From positions 1,632,001 through 1,696,000 of the forward strand of contig OY730476.1 in assembly GCA_963422735.1 (NCBI GenBank): a stretch of 64,000 nt of DNA, in the 5' to 3' direction. Position 1 is the first letter of the stretch, and every line of letters begins with the position of its first letter. Below, one piece after another: positions 1 to 7,776 of this stretch. The position numbers and the translations under genes were made by a program. Below the pieces are notes generated by a model. That model ran no database searches. It saw only the letters and a program-made list of their open reading frames with translations, and was not told the DNA's origin. This DNA comes from Candidatus Latescibacterota bacterium (GTDB lineage Bacteria > Latescibacterota > UBA2968 > UBA8231).

Positions 1-134
1 AATTTGGGATAGGCCAAAGGCATGGCTTGAAAGGCTTCTACGGTTTTGAAATCTCCTGCCGAAGCCTGAGTAGTCGCCCCGAGGATCCCGGCACAGATCC
101 ATAAGAGCGAAGGACGGTTGCGAAAAACAGACAT
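1..134 (-). CDS. Partial CDS (5' end) of a putative exported protein, runs off the window edge
   Basis: Not in ORF track. ATG at 134 preceded by AGGGAAGGGA; translates MSVFRNRPSLLWICAGILGATTQASAGDFKTVEAFQAMPFGLSQ, a Sec-type signal peptide ending in ASA; lies downstream of a sigma54 promoter. Confidence 0.7.
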   Translation of the reverse strand, partial: MSVFRNRPSLLWICAGILGATTQASAGDFKTVEAFQAMPLAYPK

Positions 135-215
135 GGGCAATCCCTTCCCTATGTATGAGATATGAGGAGGCATCCGATCGACGCCTCGTGGGTGCGAACG
201 TCGGCTTGCTATAAG

Positions 216-230
216 GCAAGAAATGTGCCA
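216..230 (-). promoter_or_regulatory. Sigma54 (-24/-12) promoter
   Basis: Minus strand TGGCAC-ATTTC-TTGC, exact match to TGGCAC-N5-TTGC, about 80 bp upstream of the ATG at 134. Confidence 0.85.
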
Positions 231-320
231 AGTGGATTGGGCGCGGATACTTCAGAATTGTAGCTTGTTGTAAATTAGGGAGTTAGAAAAAATAACAATA
301 AAGAGGGAAACGAGACGAGC

Positions 321-370
321 ATAAGCTACAAAATTGGAAATAGAAGAAAAAAAACAATTTCGTAGCTTAT
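321..370. promoter_or_regulatory. 16-bp inverted repeat, candidate enhancer (UAS) and/or terminator of the NifA-like gene
   Basis: ATAAGCTACAAAATTG (321-336) / CAATTTCGTAGCTTAT (355-370), one mismatch; related half-site AATTGTAGCTT at 256-266; 90-140 bp upstream of the -24 box. Confidence 0.55.
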
Positions 371-374
371 ATGG

Positions 375-1928
375 CTACTTCTTGTAGTTTTTCGGGCAGA
401 TGTCTAGTTTTTCGATGCTATAAGAGAAAATGCGGGTCGTAGTGCCGAGGGTGCGGGCAGCCTTGGCCATATTGCCGCGGGCGTTCTTGAGGGCCTCGAT
501 GATGATTTCTCGTTCATAAGCCCGCATCATCGCCTTAAAGGATCCGGCGACCGGCGTTCCGGTAGCGTCAGCCGTTTGCAAGGAGGGGGGCAGGTGGTGG
601 CCGTGGATGACGCCGTCGTTACTGAGGATGCTCGCCCGTTCAATGCAGTTTTCCAACTCGCGCACGTTGCCCGGCCAGTGGTAGCTCATCATCATATCAA
701 TAGCGGGCGTAGAAATGCGGCGCATCTTCACGCCGTGCTGGCGGGAGTACTTTTCTAGGAAGTGGTCGGCTAGTTGGAGGATGTCATCCCGCCGCTGGCG
801 CAAGGGCGGGATAAAGATGGGAAAGACATTGAGTCGGTAGAAGAGATCCTCGCGGAAGGATCCCTCGACCAGAGCTTTTTCCAAATCTATGTGGGTTGCC
901 GCCACGACGCGGACATCAATCGGCACTGGGCCGCGGCCACCGAGGCGCTCGACTTCGCGGTTTTGCAGTACGCGGAGCAGCTTGACCTGCGCGTCCGGGC
1001 TAAGCTCGCCGATTTCGTCGAGGAAAATCGTCCCGCCGCGTGCTCGTTCAAACCGGCCGGCTTTGCTCGTCGAGGCCCCGGTGTAAGCTCCGCGCTCGTG
1101 GCCGAATAGCTCGGATTCGACCAAGGTTTCCGGCAGGGCAGCGACATGCACTTTAACAAAGGGTTTGTCGGCGCGTAAGCTGTTGTAATGTATGGCATCT
1201 GCGACAAGTTCCTTACCCGTGCCGCTCGCGCCGCGCAACAGGACCGTGGCGTCGCTGGGGGCCACTTGGCCGATGAGTTGGCCAACCTCCTGCATGGGTC
1301 GGGAGTTGCCGATGAGGTTGGTGGGGTGGAAGCGCTCGCGGAGCTCATTTTGCAGGCGCAAGTTTTCGTCGAGAAGCTGGGTTTGCTCGGCGCGGGCGCG
1401 CTGGCGGGCGGCGACCGATTGGCCGATCATGACGGATATGATGGACAGCAAGCGCACGGTATCTTGCAGGCTTTCGTTGTCTTTATAAGGAATATCGACG
1501 CTAATGGTGCCTACTACCTTCTGCTGCTGGAGGATGGGCACGCAAATGAACGAGGTCTGGCTCTTGGCCGCGCTGCCGCGGGCACCGGTGCGGTTGAGGA
1601 AGAGAGGCTCGCTGCTGATGCGCGGCACGATCACGGGCTTGCCAGATTCTACGACCTTGCCGGTGATGCCTTCCCCGACGTCGTAGCGACCTCGCTTGAT
1701 TTCCGATTGCGAGAGTCCATACGCCACGTCGATGGAGACTTCGGTGGCTTCTTGGCTCAAGATGCTGACCGTCCCCAAGCTCATGTCGAGCCGGTCGCAC
1801 ATGAGCTTGAGAATGACGTTGAGCGCCTCCTCAAACTCGGTCGTCGAGCCTAGTATTTGCCCGATTTCGTGTAGAATGGAGATCTGTTGTTGGGCACGGG
1901 CGTTCGGTAGAGTGGGCATGTAAGGCAT
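375..1928 (-). CDS. NifA-like sigma54-dependent activator (GAF + AAA+ + Fis HTH)
   Basis: N-terminal GAF (GEGITGKV, SFICVPI), Walker A GASGTGKE, ESELFGHERGAYTGA, FLDEIGEL, WPGNVRELEN, C-terminal HTH. Confidence 0.92.
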   Translation of the reverse strand: MPYMPTLPNARAQQQISILHEIGQILGSTTEFEEALNVILKLMCDRLDMSLGTVSILSQEATEVSIDVAYGLSQSEIKRGRYDVGEGITGKVVESGKPVIVPRISSEPLFLNRTGARGSAAKSQTSFICVPILQQQKVVGTISVDIPYKDNESLQDTVRLLSIISVMIGQSVAARQRARAEQTQLLDENLRLQNELRERFHPTNLIGNSRPMQEVGQLIGQVAPSDATVLLRGASGTGKELVADAIHYNSLRADKPFVKVHVAALPETLVESELFGHERGAYTGASTSKAGRFERARGGTIFLDEIGELSPDAQVKLLRVLQNREVERLGGRGPVPIDVRVVAATHIDLEKALVEGSFREDLFYRLNVFPIFIPPLRQRRDDILQLADHFLEKYSRQHGVKMRRISTPAIDMMMSYHWPGNVRELENCIERASILSNDGVIHGHHLPPSLQTADATGTPVAGSFKAMMRAYEREIIIEALKNARGNMAKAARTLGTTTRIFSYSIEKLDICPKNYKK

Positions 1929-2099
1929 CCTATTTTATGATATTTTTGTTGTTAGTATGATTAAAAACAACATTTTTGTAAATGGCAAGAAGCCACATAT
2001 TCGTTGTTGAAAAGCGAAAAATAGACAAAATATCCAGTGGTACGCACCACAAAGGGCCTCATTCAATCAAATGTAAAGGAGGTGTCGTACATTGTTGTA

Positions 2100-2114
2100 G
2101 CATAAAATGTGCCA
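2100..2114 (-). promoter_or_regulatory. Sigma54 promoter candidate upstream of the NifA-like gene
   Basis: Minus strand TGGCAC-ATTTT-ATGC with GG-N10-GC spacing; 13/15 identical to the promoter at 216-230. Confidence 0.65.
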
Positions 2115-2278
2115 TCGCAGGCCAAGGTCCAAAAGATCCGCGGGAATGGTGCGGCCCCGAGGCCGCGGGAAGGTCATTGCCGTAACGCATCAACTCGGTT
2201 ATTATTTTGCGATGAGAATTTCCGTCCTGCAGGCGCGAGGTCTGAAATGTCAGTAAACGGCGGTTGTGCGAGGTTGGC

Positions 2279-3052
2279 ATGAGTCGAGACATGACCGACC
2301 TATTAAATGAATGGTCCTTCGACCCGGAGGCGAATGTGCGAAAAATATCGGGAAGGGATGGGGTTGCGAAGATCCAGATCCGGGTGGATCAAGGGGCCTT
2401 TCAGGGCATTTTGCAGCTAAACCTCGACGGTCGGCCCGACGGCCGACGGCCCCACGGGCGGGATTTTGCCCTCGATTACTACCGAGGCGAATTGGAAAAA
2501 TACCGCCACGAGCACGGGGCCTGCGACGAGAGCTTCGCGCTCGATGAAGCGGCTTGCCGCGAGCTTTTCGACGAGGGGAGCCGCTTGTACAAGCGCTACG
2601 CCTTTCTGATCCAACTGCAAGACTATCGGCGGGTCGTGCGCGATACCGAGCGCAATATGGCACTCTTTCGGTTTGTCAACCGCTATGCCGAGCGCGAAGA
2701 GGACCGCGACAATCTAGAGAAATGGTGGCCTTATATCTTGCGCATCAACGGCATGGCCCGGGCCATGATCGCCATTGGCGACCAAGACTACGATAGCGCG
2801 TTGGCGATCGTGCGGCAGACTCGCGCGCGGATTGACACGCGGCCCGAGGTGGAGGCCGAGGAGTTCTACTTCGAGCGCGAGCGTTCAGAAGTCGCGCTCG
2901 AGGAGTTGGAGCAGGAGATTTTGCAAAAGAGACCGCTGAGCCAAAAGGAGCAGCTAGAGCACTGGCTACAAGAAGCGGTCGATAGCGAAGAATTTGAAAA
3001 AGCCGCGCTCTTGCGCGACGAACTCAAGAAGTTGCGGGAAGGCGAAGGCTGA
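2279..3052 (+). CDS. Uncharacterised protein with C-terminal UVR (UvrB/UvrC) motif, paralog 1
   Basis: C-terminal LQEAVDSEEFEKAALLRDELKKL; N-terminal GRPDGRRPHG block shared with 23511-24281. Confidence 0.8.
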   Translation: MSRDMTDLLNEWSFDPEANVRKISGRDGVAKIQIRVDQGAFQGILQLNLDGRPDGRRPHGRDFALDYYRGELEKYRHEHGACDESFALDEAACRELFDEGSRLYKRYAFLIQLQDYRRVVRDTERNMALFRFVNRYAEREEDRDNLEKWWPYILRINGMARAMIAIGDQDYDSALAIVRQTRARIDTRPEVEAEEFYFERERSEVALEELEQEILQKRPLSQKEQLEHWLQEAVDSEEFEKAALLRDELKKLREGEG

Positions 3053-3111
3053 GCAGTCGGAAGCCGTCCGCAGGACTCCACTTCCACTACGTACACCCTA
3101 CCGAATTGGCG

Positions 3112-3140
3112 GTCCGCTGCCCGCGCCTAGGGCAGCGGAC
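3112..3140. terminator. Hairpin between convergent genes
   Basis: GTCCGCTGCCC-gcgccta-GGGCAGCGGAC, perfect 11-bp stem, no clear U-tract. Confidence 0.6.
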
Positions 3141-3152
3141 TCGCTTGCAATC

Positions 3153-4025
3153 CTAGTAAAACTCCGTCTCATCTACCAACGCGAGGAGCGACTGGTAGCG
3201 AGTCGGATGGCGAAGTTTGCTCAGGGCGCGCTCCTTGAGCTGGCGCACGCGCTCCCGCGTCAGGCCCATCAACCCACCGATCTGCTCCAAGGTCAGAGCT
3301 TGGCTGCCGTCGAGACCGAAGTAGAGGCGAATGATGCGCAACTCGCGGTCTTCAAGGCTGGCGAGGGCTCCCTCTAAGTGGGCGCGGGCCGAGCTTTGCA
3401 AGACGTCGCTGTCGGGCGTCGCCTGATTGTCGTCGGCGAGGAGGCTGAGCAGGCTGCGATCGTCGTCGTCCTCAAAGGACTCGTCGAGCGAACGCACCGA
3501 GCGGGCGCTGAGCATGGTATCGAGAATCTCCTCGGTTGGCAGGCCCAACTCAGCGGCGACTTCCTCGACATCCGGTTCGCTTTCGCGACCTTGGCCCAGC
3601 TTGCGCACGGCCCGCGAAATGTCCTTGAGCAGGCTGAGCTTGTTCAGCGGCAGGCGCACGGTGCGGGCGTGCTCGGCGATGGTCTGCAAGATGGATTGCT
3701 TGATCCACCACACGGCGTACGAGATGAACTTGTATCCCTTGGTGCCGTCGAAACGCTCGGCCGCGGTCAGCAAGCCCACGTTGCCCGCGCTGATTAAGTC
3801 CTCTAGCGAGAGACCTCGGTTCTGGTAGTTTTTGGCCACATCAATGACGAAGCGCAGGTTGGCTTGAACCAACTCGTCGCGGGCGGCCATGTCGCCGCCT
3901 TGGATCCGCGCCGATAGCTCAACTTCCCGCTGGCGGCTCAGCGGCCTAGACTCGGCGATGTCGTCGAAGTAGAGGCGCAGGGTGTTGTCTTCGTCACTTA
4001 GGGCTTCTTGGATCGCGTAAGCCAT
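3153..4025 (-). CDS. RNA polymerase sigma70 factor, short RpoD/SigA-like (no region 1.1)
   Basis: LVQANLRFVIDVAKNY, DLISAGNVGL, KFISYAVWWIKQSI, TLEQIG..GLTRERVRQ; start placed at ATG 4025 behind GGGAGG. Confidence 0.92.
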   Translation of the reverse strand: MAYAIQEALSDEDNTLRLYFDDIAESRPLSRQREVELSARIQGGDMAARDELVQANLRFVIDVAKNYQNRGLSLEDLISAGNVGLLTAAERFDGTKGYKFISYAVWWIKQSILQTIAEHARTVRLPLNKLSLLKDISRAVRKLGQGRESEPDVEEVAAELGLPTEEILDTMLSARSVRSLDESFEDDDDRSLLSLLADDNQATPDSDVLQSSARAHLEGALASLEDRELRIIRLYFGLDGSQALTLEQIGGLMGLTRERVRQLKERALSKLRHPTRYQSLLALVDETEFY

Positions 4026-4157
4026 GTTACGAAACCTCCCTTGGGTAATGGGGTCAGCAGGCGCAAATTTTTGCACTCAGTTGCAACAATTTTGGGCCAA
4101 TGTCCTGCAAGGCACTTGAATTGCGCGAGTTAGAAGGGTTAGGCCCTAGTGTGTCAA

Positions 4158-4174
4158 AGTGCATAATTTGCACT
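4158..4174. promoter_or_regulatory. Palindrome AGTGCA-N5-TGCACT, candidate activator site
   Basis: AGTGCATAATTTGCACT; related copies at 4061-4077 (GCGCAAATTTTTGCACT) and 4455-4470 (AGTGCAAAAAATGCAG). Confidence 0.55.
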
Positions 4175-4342
4175 CTCACCATTTTAATTGGGGGCCGCAA
4201 AGTGCCCCCGCGTTGCTCAATGCTTGGTGCGCCAAAAATGTTTGCTCTGTATTAACAGATAGTTAAGGTCGATATGTGCCGTGAAACCCTTCCGGTCTCG
4301 TGGAGGGGCGAGAGGCGCGCCTTTCAACCTACGTATAGATAA

Positions 4343-4357
4343 GCAAATCCAATGCCA
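4343..4357 (-). promoter_or_regulatory. Sigma54 promoter upstream of the RpoD-like sigma gene
   Basis: Minus strand TGGCAT-TGGAT-TTGC(T), consensus -24/-12. Confidence 0.8.
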
Positions 4358-4441
4358 CATGTGGCTGATGGCCAATTAAGACATTGTAAATGCGCTATTT
4401 ACGAAAAGATTACTGCCGGGCGAGTAGCAAGTCGATGGGCC

Positions 4442-4470
4442 GCGCAAGTGCAAAAGTGCAAAAAATGCAG
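4442..4470. promoter_or_regulatory. Clustered TGCA repeats, candidate UAS about 100 bp upstream of the sigma54 promoter
   Basis: GCGCAAGTGCAAAAGTGCAAAAAATGCAG directly after the stop codon of the NtrC-like gene. Confidence 0.5.
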
Positions 4471-4473
4471 GTG

Positions 4474-5838
4474 CTACTTAGTTGTGATGTTGTATCGCTT
4501 GATCTTGTACTGGAGGGAGCGGACGCTAATGCCCAAAATGGCGGCCGCTTCGCGGCGGTTGCCCGTGAGGCGTTGAAGGGTCTGGCGGATGAGTTCGGCT
4601 TCGACCTCTTGCAGGGAAGAGCCGAGGGCCATTGAGAACTGTCCGGGGCCATCGGCTAGCTCGCCGAGTGGGCCGGGCAGGTGTTCGGGGAGGATGACTG
4701 CAGCCGGGGTGGTGACCACGAGCCGCTGAAGCAGGTTGCGCAATTGGCGCACATTGCCCGGCCAATTATAGGCGATGAGGCCCTCCATGGCTTCCGGGCT
4801 GATTTTCTTTGGGGGCTTGTTCTGAGCGCGGCAGGCTTCGTCGAGACACATTTCAACTAAGACCGGGATGTCTTCCCGCCGCTGGCGCAAGGGGGGAATG
4901 TCGATGGGGATCACGTTGAGCCGGTAGTACAGGTCTTCGCGGAAGGCACCTGTTGCGACAGCGTCTTCAAGGTCGCGGTTGGTCGCGGCGATGATGCGCA
5001 CATCGGCGCGGTGGACCTGCGGGTCCCCAAGCGGTTGGAACTCGTGGGACTCTAGGACGCGCAAAAGCTCGACCTGATTTTTGTGCGAGACCTCGCCGAT
5101 TTCGTCGAGGAAGAGGGTCCCGCCCTCGGCGAGGGTGAAACGGCCGGGCCGGTCGGCGTGGGCGCTGGTAAAGGCCCCGCGCTTGTGGCCGAACAGTTCG
5201 CTGGTAAAAAGCTCTTCGGTGAAACCGCCGCAGTTGACGGCCACAAAGGGGGCTTCGCGGCGCTTACTGCGCTCGTGGATGGAGCGTGCTACCAAATCCT
5301 TGCCAACGCCGGTCTCGCCGCGCAAGAGCACCGGTACATCCGCTTGGGCCACTTGTTTGATCGTGGCCGCGGCGGCCTGCATGGCCGGGCTGCGGCGCAC
5401 GAGGCGGCGGAAGGGGGCTTCTTTTTCGAGACGGTTGTGGAGCTTGCGGTTTTCGACGACGAGTTCGAAGCGATCAAGTGCACGGGCGACTACGAGCCGC
5501 AAATGGTCTAGATCGACGGGTTTGGTCACTACGTCATACGCGCCTTTGCGCATGGCTTCGACCGCCGTGTGGACGTTGTCGTGGGCCGTGAGTATGATGC
5601 ACAGGGTGGCGGGGTGGCGCTGGCCGATCTCCTGCAAAAGTTGCATCCCAGAGGGGCCGGGCATCTGCAAGTCGAGAACGGCCAAGTGGAAGTCGCCGAC
5701 TCCCAGCATCCGGCGCGTTTGGGCACCGTCCGCAGCGGTTTCGATGGCATAGCCGGGTTTTTGCAACGCCTCTTGCAGCCCTTCGCGGATAAAGAGCGAA
5801 TGGTCGGCGATAAGGATGTTGGCTTGGAGTTGGGGCAT
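4474..5838 (-). CDS. NtrC/AtoC-family sigma54-dependent response regulator (REC + AAA+ + HTH)
   Basis: REC (VLDLQMPG, LTAH, KP), GETGVGKD, SELFGHKRGAFTSA, FLDEIGE, WPGNVRQL, HTH GNRREAAAILGIS. Confidence 0.92.
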   Translation of the reverse strand: MPQLQANILIADHSLFIREGLQEALQKPGYAIETAADGAQTRRMLGVGDFHLAVLDLQMPGPSGMQLLQEIGQRHPATLCIILTAHDNVHTAVEAMRKGAYDVVTKPVDLDHLRLVVARALDRFELVVENRKLHNRLEKEAPFRRLVRRSPAMQAAAATIKQVAQADVPVLLRGETGVGKDLVARSIHERSKRREAPFVAVNCGGFTEELFTSELFGHKRGAFTSAHADRPGRFTLAEGGTLFLDEIGEVSHKNQVELLRVLESHEFQPLGDPQVHRADVRIIAATNRDLEDAVATGAFREDLYYRLNVIPIDIPPLRQRREDIPVLVEMCLDEACRAQNKPPKKISPEAMEGLIAYNWPGNVRQLRNLLQRLVVTTPAAVILPEHLPGPLGELADGPGQFSMALGSSLQEVEAELIRQTLQRLTGNRREAAAILGISVRSLQYKIKRYNITTK

Positions 5839-5882
5839 GGGCTTTTGTTGACAGTGATAGGAAGAGGACTAGCTTTTCCAGC

Positions 5883-6611
5883 ATGGAGAATAGGCAAAAC
5901 GTCGCCGAACACAAGAGGCGCAACCGAGACATGTTCAACGCCATTGCTCGGCGCTACGACTTGCTCAACCATCTTCTCAGCGGCGGCGTCGATGTGTACT
6001 GGCGGCGGCGCGCCCTCGACTGCACCCTAGAGACCGCCCCACAGCGCGTCTTGGACCTCGCTACTGGCACCGGTGATTTTGCCCTCGCGGCCGCTCGCCT
6101 AGGGCCGCAGCAAGTCGTCGGTATTGACATGGCCATTGAGATGCTGCGGCTAGGGGCGGCCAAGGTGGAAGCCAAGGGGCCGTCCGCGCGCGTGGATTTA
6201 TTAGTCGGCGACGCCGAGCAGCTACCGTTTCAGGACAATACCTTCGACTTGGTGACCGGGGCCTTTGGGGTGCGCAACTTTGGGCACATTCCCAGCGGTT
6301 TGGCCGAGGCCCTCCGCGTCCTCAAGCCCGGCGGCCAGCTTTTGGTACTCGACTTCTGCGAGCCTACCGCGCCGCTGTTTCGGCAATTGTACTTGTTCTA
6401 CTTCCACAAAGTGCTGCCCCTGATCGGCGGCTTAATCTCCGGCCAGCGCCGGGCCTACGCCTATCTGCCACGCTCGGTGGGGACCTTTCCCCAAGGGCAG
6501 GCCTTTGTCGAATTGCTCGTCGCGGCCGGTTTCAGCCAGACGCGCTACACACCCTTGACTCTAGGGATTGCCGCGGTGTACCAAGGCGTCAAAAGGCCGG
6601 TTGACGAATAG
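5883..6611 (+). CDS. menG: Demethylmenaquinone methyltransferase UbiE/MenG
   Basis: MFNAIARRYDLLN, LDLATGTGD, GDAEQLPF, FGVRN, AYAYLPRSV; adjacent to mqn genes. Confidence 0.9.
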   Translation: MENRQNVAEHKRRNRDMFNAIARRYDLLNHLLSGGVDVYWRRRALDCTLETAPQRVLDLATGTGDFALAAARLGPQQVVGIDMAIEMLRLGAAKVEAKGPSARVDLLVGDAEQLPFQDNTFDLVTGAFGVRNFGHIPSGLAEALRVLKPGGQLLVLDFCEPTAPLFRQLYLFYFHKVLPLIGGLISGQRRAYAYLPRSVGTFPQGQAFVELLVAAGFSQTRYTPLTLGIAAVYQGVKRPVDE

Positions 6612-6629
6612 GATCCCCATAGGTACTAT
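6601..6629 (+). promoter_or_regulatory. Sigma70 promoter candidate for the mqnE operon
   Basis: TTGACG-N17-TACTAT, about 22 bp before the mqnE start. Confidence 0.5.
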
Positions 6630-6651
6630 ATACTAAACGCGGGAGAAATAA

Positions 6652-7776
6652 GTGATTTACGACGACCTTATAGGCCGCGCCGGCCTCGCAGATGTCCACG
6701 ACAAAGTGCTGGCCGGCCAGCGCTTGAGCTTAGACGACGGCCTGCGCCTGTACGCCTGCGATGAACTGCCTATCTTGGGCTATATGGCCAATATCGTCCG
6801 CGAGCGCAAAAGCGGCGATATTGCGTACTACGTGCGCAACCAGCACATCAACTACACCAATATCTGCAACAAGCTCTGTAAGTTCTGCTCCTTCTACGTC
6901 AAGCCCAAAGACGAGCGCGGCTACGTGCTGGCACCCGAGCAGGTCGCCGCACGAGTCGCCGAGTACGATCAAGCCCCGATTACCGAGATCCACATGGTCG
7001 GCGGCGTCAACCCCAAACTGCCCTACCAATACTATCTAGATGTCTTGCGGGCGATGAAGCAAGCCCGCCCCACCGCGCATCTGAAGGCCTTCACCATGAT
7101 CGAGATCGCCCAGATTCAGCGCATCGCCAAAAAGCCGCTGGAAGAGGTCTTTGCCGATATGAAGGCGGCCGGGCTAGAGTCGCTGCCCGGTGGCGGGGCT
7201 GAGGTATTTAGCGATCGGGTTCAAGGCGACCTTTTCTGGACTAAGGCGGACTCTGAGGAGTGGCTAGAAATTGCTCAGACAGCGCATCGAGCCGGCCTGC
7301 CTTCCAACGCCACTATGCTTTACGGCCACATCGAAAATACCGAGGAGAAGGTCTATCACCTCGTGCGGCTGCGCGAAGTGCAGGACGAGACCGGGGGCTT
7401 CCTCTGCTATATCCCGCTTTCTTTTCACCCCGAGCGCACCGAGTTGGAGCACTTATCCGGGCCGACGGGTTGCCTAGATCTTAAGGAAATCGCCGTGGGG
7501 CGGCTGATGCTCGACAACTTTCCCCACGTCAAGACCTTCTGGATTATGAATACCATCGAGATTTCGCAGACCGCGCTCTGGTACGGGGCCGACGATATCG
7601 ACGGCACGGTCATGGATTACGAAATCACCCGCAAGAGTTTCACCCAGACCCAGCAGCGGCTGACTCAGGCCGAACTCGTGCAGCGCATCGTCGAGGCTGG
7701 TCGCCTGCCCTTGGAACGCGACTCCCTCTACAATATCGTCGCCGATACCCCGACTTTGCTGGCGGTGGCCGGATAG
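6652..7776 (+). CDS. mqnE: Aminofutalosine synthase (radical SAM)
   Basis: NYTNICNKLCKFCSF (CxxxCxxC), EIHMVGG, PGGGAE, HVKTFW, GADDIDGT. Confidence 0.88.
   Translation: MIYDDLIGRAGLADVHDKVLAGQRLSLDDGLRLYACDELPILGYMANIVRERKSGDIAYYVRNQHINYTNICNKLCKFCSFYVKPKDERGYVLAPEQVAARVAEYDQAPITEIHMVGGVNPKLPYQYYLDVLRAMKQARPTAHLKAFTMIEIAQIQRIAKKPLEEVFADMKAAGLESLPGGGAEVFSDRVQGDLFWTKADSEEWLEIAQTAHRAGLPSNATMLYGHIENTEEKVYHLVRLREVQDETGGFLCYIPLSFHPERTELEHLSGPTGCLDLKEIAVGRLMLDNFPHVKTFWIMNTIEISQTALWYGADDIDGTVMDYEITRKSFTQTQQRLTQAELVQRIVEAGRLPLERDSLYNIVADTPTLLAVAG

Noticed and set aside
375-1928. Calling this gene nifA / nitrogen fixation
   Set aside because: No nif genes or TGT-N10-ACA site seen; GAF-AAA-HTH activators are widespread
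4189-4210. GGGGCCGCAAAG resembling the c-di-GMP-I riboswitch core
   Set aside because: Wrong strand relative to the downstream gene and no GGCAAAC/GAAA element upstream
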